Source: Candidatus Undinarchaeales archaeon
GTDB taxonomy: Archaea; SpSt-1190; JASMDC01
NCBI GenBank assembly: GCA_030753015.1
Contig: JASMDC010000055.1
Coordinates: 1-16,847, forward strand
Reading direction: 5' to 3'
DNA: 16,847 nt
How positions within the stretch are numbered: position 1 is the first letter of the stretch; every line of letters starts with the position of its first letter. Position numbers and translations under genes: made by a program. Below the pieces are notes generated by a model. The model had not been told where the DNA came from. It was given only the letters and a program-made list of their open reading frames with translations, and did not search any database. Of the stretch, positions 14,853 to 16,847 are shown one piece after another.

Positions 14853-14877
14853 ACGTCACCCTGTTACACGTACGCGG

Positions 14878-14892
14878 AATTCTTTTATATCG
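14878..14892 (+). promoter_or_regulatory. TATA box for the ABC exporter unit
   Basis: TTTTATAT at 14883-14890 in otherwise GC-rich DNA, about 22 nt before ATG 14912. Confidence 0.55.
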
Positions 14893-14911
14893 CCCCTGAC
14901 TCCTCTTTTCC

Positions 14912-15067
14912 ATGGACGCAGACGACACGGTAGGCGGCCACATCGAGCAGGCGATCATCGGCGACGACGCCGTGGGGATGGTGATGCCGCTGGCCGTCGC
15001 GGGCGACGAGCTGGAGCGGCTCGCCGGGCCCACCCGGGAAAAAAACACTCTAGAGCTGATAGCGTGA
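14912..15067 (+). CDS. Small acidic protein or leader ORF, 51 aa (absent from ORF track)
   Basis: Leaderless position relative to the TATA box. MDADDTVGGHIEQAIIGDDAVGMVMPLAVAGDELERLAGPTREKNTLELIA. Its stop overlaps the ABC GTG (GTGA). Confidence 0.45.
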   Translation: MDADDTVGGHIEQAIIGDDAVGMVMPLAVAGDELERLAGPTREKNTLELIA

Positions 15068-15942
15068 CATTGAGGATCGAGGGCCTGACGAAGAGCTTCG
15101 ACAGCAAGACAGTCCTCAACGACATCTCCTTCTCCGTGGACAGGGGGGAGGTGTTCGGCCTCCTCGGCCCCAATGGTGCGGGAAAGACCACCATGATCCT
15201 GATCATCCTTGACATCCTCGGACCCGACTCGGGTCGGATTTCCATCTTCGGAGACCGTCTCTCTGAAGCGATCAAGGACCGGATCGGATACCTGCCCGAG
15301 GAGAGCGACCTGTACCCGAACGTGACCGTCCGCGATTGCATCAGGTATTTCTCCCGGTTGAAAGGGTTCGATGCCACCGACGAACGGATCGATCACTGGC
15401 TTCAGAGGATGAAGCTCGGGGAGTACGGGGACAAGAGCGTGGAAGAACTGAGCAAGGGCATGCAGAGATTGCTGCACATCATCATCTCGTTCATACACGA
15501 GCCGGACTTCCTCGTCCTGGACGAACCGTTCTCCGGGCTGGATCCGGTGAACAAGGAGCTGGTCAAGGACATCGTACTCGATCTGAAATCCAGAGGCATG
15601 ACCATCATCATGAGCACCCATCAGATGGACGAGGTCGAGAAGATGTGTGACCGGATCCTCATGATCAACAAGGGCGACCAGGTACTCTACGGGAACCTGA
15701 ACGAGATCAAGGGCCGGCACGGATCATCCATCGTCGTTGCATACGAAGGGGAGCTCCCTCCCCTGGAAGACATCGAGCGGGTGAACGATTACGGTAACTT
15801 CGCGGAGTTGATCATCGGGAGGGGGGCGGACCCGCAGGCCATCCTGAGAGAACTGGTGGAGAGGGTGACTATACGCAAGTTCGAGGTCAAGACCCCTTCG
15901 CTGGACGAGATCTTTATCGAGGTGGTCGGGAATGAGGAATAA
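15064..15942 (+). CDS. ABC-2 type exporter ATP-binding subunit (NatA/YhaQ-like), 292 aa
   Basis: Walker A GPNGAGKTT, Q-loop GYLPEE, signature LSKGMQR, Walker B LVLDEPFSGLD, H-loop MSTH, and C-terminal PSLDEIFIEVVG. Confidence 0.95.
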   Translation: MTLRIEGLTKSFDSKTVLNDISFSVDRGEVFGLLGPNGAGKTTMILIILDILGPDSGRISIFGDRLSEAIKDRIGYLPEESDLYPNVTVRDCIRYFSRLKGFDATDERIDHWLQRMKLGEYGDKSVEELSKGMQRLLHIIISFIHEPDFLVLDEPFSGLDPVNKELVKDIVLDLKSRGMTIIMSTHQMDEVEKMCDRILMINKGDQVLYGNLNEIKGRHGSSIVVAYEGELPPLEDIERVNDYGNFAELIIGRGADPQAILRELVERVTIRKFEVKTPSLDEIFIEVVGNEE

Positions 15943-16847
15943 GACCCTGACCGTCGCGCTGTTCGAGTTCACGAGGACCGCCATGAGAAAGGGCTTCCTG
16001 GTATCCGCATTCGTGGTGCCCTTACTCATGATACTCCTGATGCTCGTCTCGATGTATCTCATACAGGACGAAACCCCGGGGCTCGGTCACAACGAGAACA
16101 TCGGGTTCGTGGACCGTTCGGACCTTTTCGGGCCACGCGATGGATTCGCCGAGTTCGCCGGCACGGGACCGGCCAGGGAGGCACTGATGCGTGATGAACT
16201 CTCCCTCTTATTCGTCATCCACGAGGATTACCTGGCAACCGGAAACATAACGATCTATTCGATGAACAGCTCTCTCCTCAACGGGCGTTCAAAAGGGGCT
16301 ATCCGATCGTTCATCATGAAGGGGCTGCTCAAGCAGGGGAACGTCGGCGAGGAGCTCTCGGAGAGGATAGAGGCCCCGATGTCGGCGGAAATGATCGAAC
16401 TGGACGAGTTGGGAGAGGTCAAGGAGGACGATGAGAACATGTTCGTTCTGGCCCTGCTCCTCTACTGGCTGATGATGATGGGCATCATCAACTCTTCCGG
16501 GGACCTGAGGCGGGGGATCCTGGAGGAGAAGGAGCGGCGTACGGGGGAGATCCTGCTCTCCTCCATTTCTGCCGAGCAATTGCTCTCGGGGAAGATACTA
16601 GGATACGGATGCACTGGCCTGCTCCATCTGCTCTTGCAGACTCTCGTCTGGACCCTTGTCGGGCTCGTGGCGATGTCGATGACCGACCTGGGGGGATTCC
16701 TTGCCGGGCTGGAGTACTCCTGGCTGATCGGTCTCGCCATCGTGTACTTCCTCCTGGGTTATTTCCTGTTCGCGACCTCCATCGCATGCGCTGCAGCCGT
16801 CTCCCCATCGGTGCAGGAAGCGGAACATACGTCGAGCATCTTCACCT
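15932..16847 (+). CDS. ABC-2 type exporter permease (NatB/YhaP-like), 3'-truncated by window end
   Basis: Open frame from ATG 15932: MRNKTLTVALFEFTRTAMRKGFLVSAFVVPLLM...ILEEKERRTGEILLSSISAEQLLSGKILG...YFLLGYFLFA, which contains the ABC-2 EEKE..LLSS..GK motif. Confidence 0.92.
   Translation, partial: MRNKTLTVALFEFTRTAMRKGFLVSAFVVPLLMILLMLVSMYLIQDETPGLGHNENIGFVDRSDLFGPRDGFAEFAGTGPAREALMRDELSLLFVIHEDYLATGNITIYSMNSSLLNGRSKGAIRSFIMKGLLKQGNVGEELSERIEAPMSAEMIELDELGEVKEDDENMFVLALLLYWLMMMGIINSSGDLRRGILEEKERRTGEILLSSISAEQLLSGKILGYGCTGLLHLLLQTLVWTLVGLVAMSMTDLGGFLAGLEYSWLIGLAIVYFLLGYFLFATSIACAAAVSPSVQEAEHTSSIFT

Noticed and set aside
13419-15720. Minus-strand ORFs 13419-14612 and 14797-15720
   Set aside because: Antisense shadows of the nuclease and the ABC ATPase.
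1-16847. Integrase, transposase, att sites, tRNA or rRNA
   Set aside because: None recognised. Mobility of the cluster cannot be shown from this window.

Overview
GC-rich, archaeal-type DNA (TATA/BRE promoters, GGTGA/GGAGGTG ribosome-binding sites, some leaderless starts). The core is a ~12 kb, largely translationally coupled + strand operon (2550-14597) encoding a ubiquitin-like conjugation system. It has a Ubl precursor ending GG-SR, a eukaryote-like UBC/E2 (HPN motif plus catalytic Cys) fused to a winged helix, an Rpn11-like JAMM isopeptidase, and a ThiF/E1 domain fused behind a large helical domain. That helical domain is shared with two SWIM zinc-finger proteins. A third, shorter SWIM protein, a CxxC protein, several tiny ORFs and a PD-(D/E)XK Fe-S nuclease follow. 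The large proteins are extreme lysine deserts, and the three SWIM proteins share a C-terminal WECxxP motif. No RING or HECT E3 is recognisable, so the SWIM paralogs are candidate E3s or adaptors. Upstream lie a divergent CARF-like/winged-helix regulator with an LMW-PTP-like phosphatase, four small ORFs, and palindromic operators sharing an ACGTGAA motif. The window ends in an ordinary ABC-2 exporter (ATPase plus partial permease). All calls come from reading motifs by eye; no searches were run.
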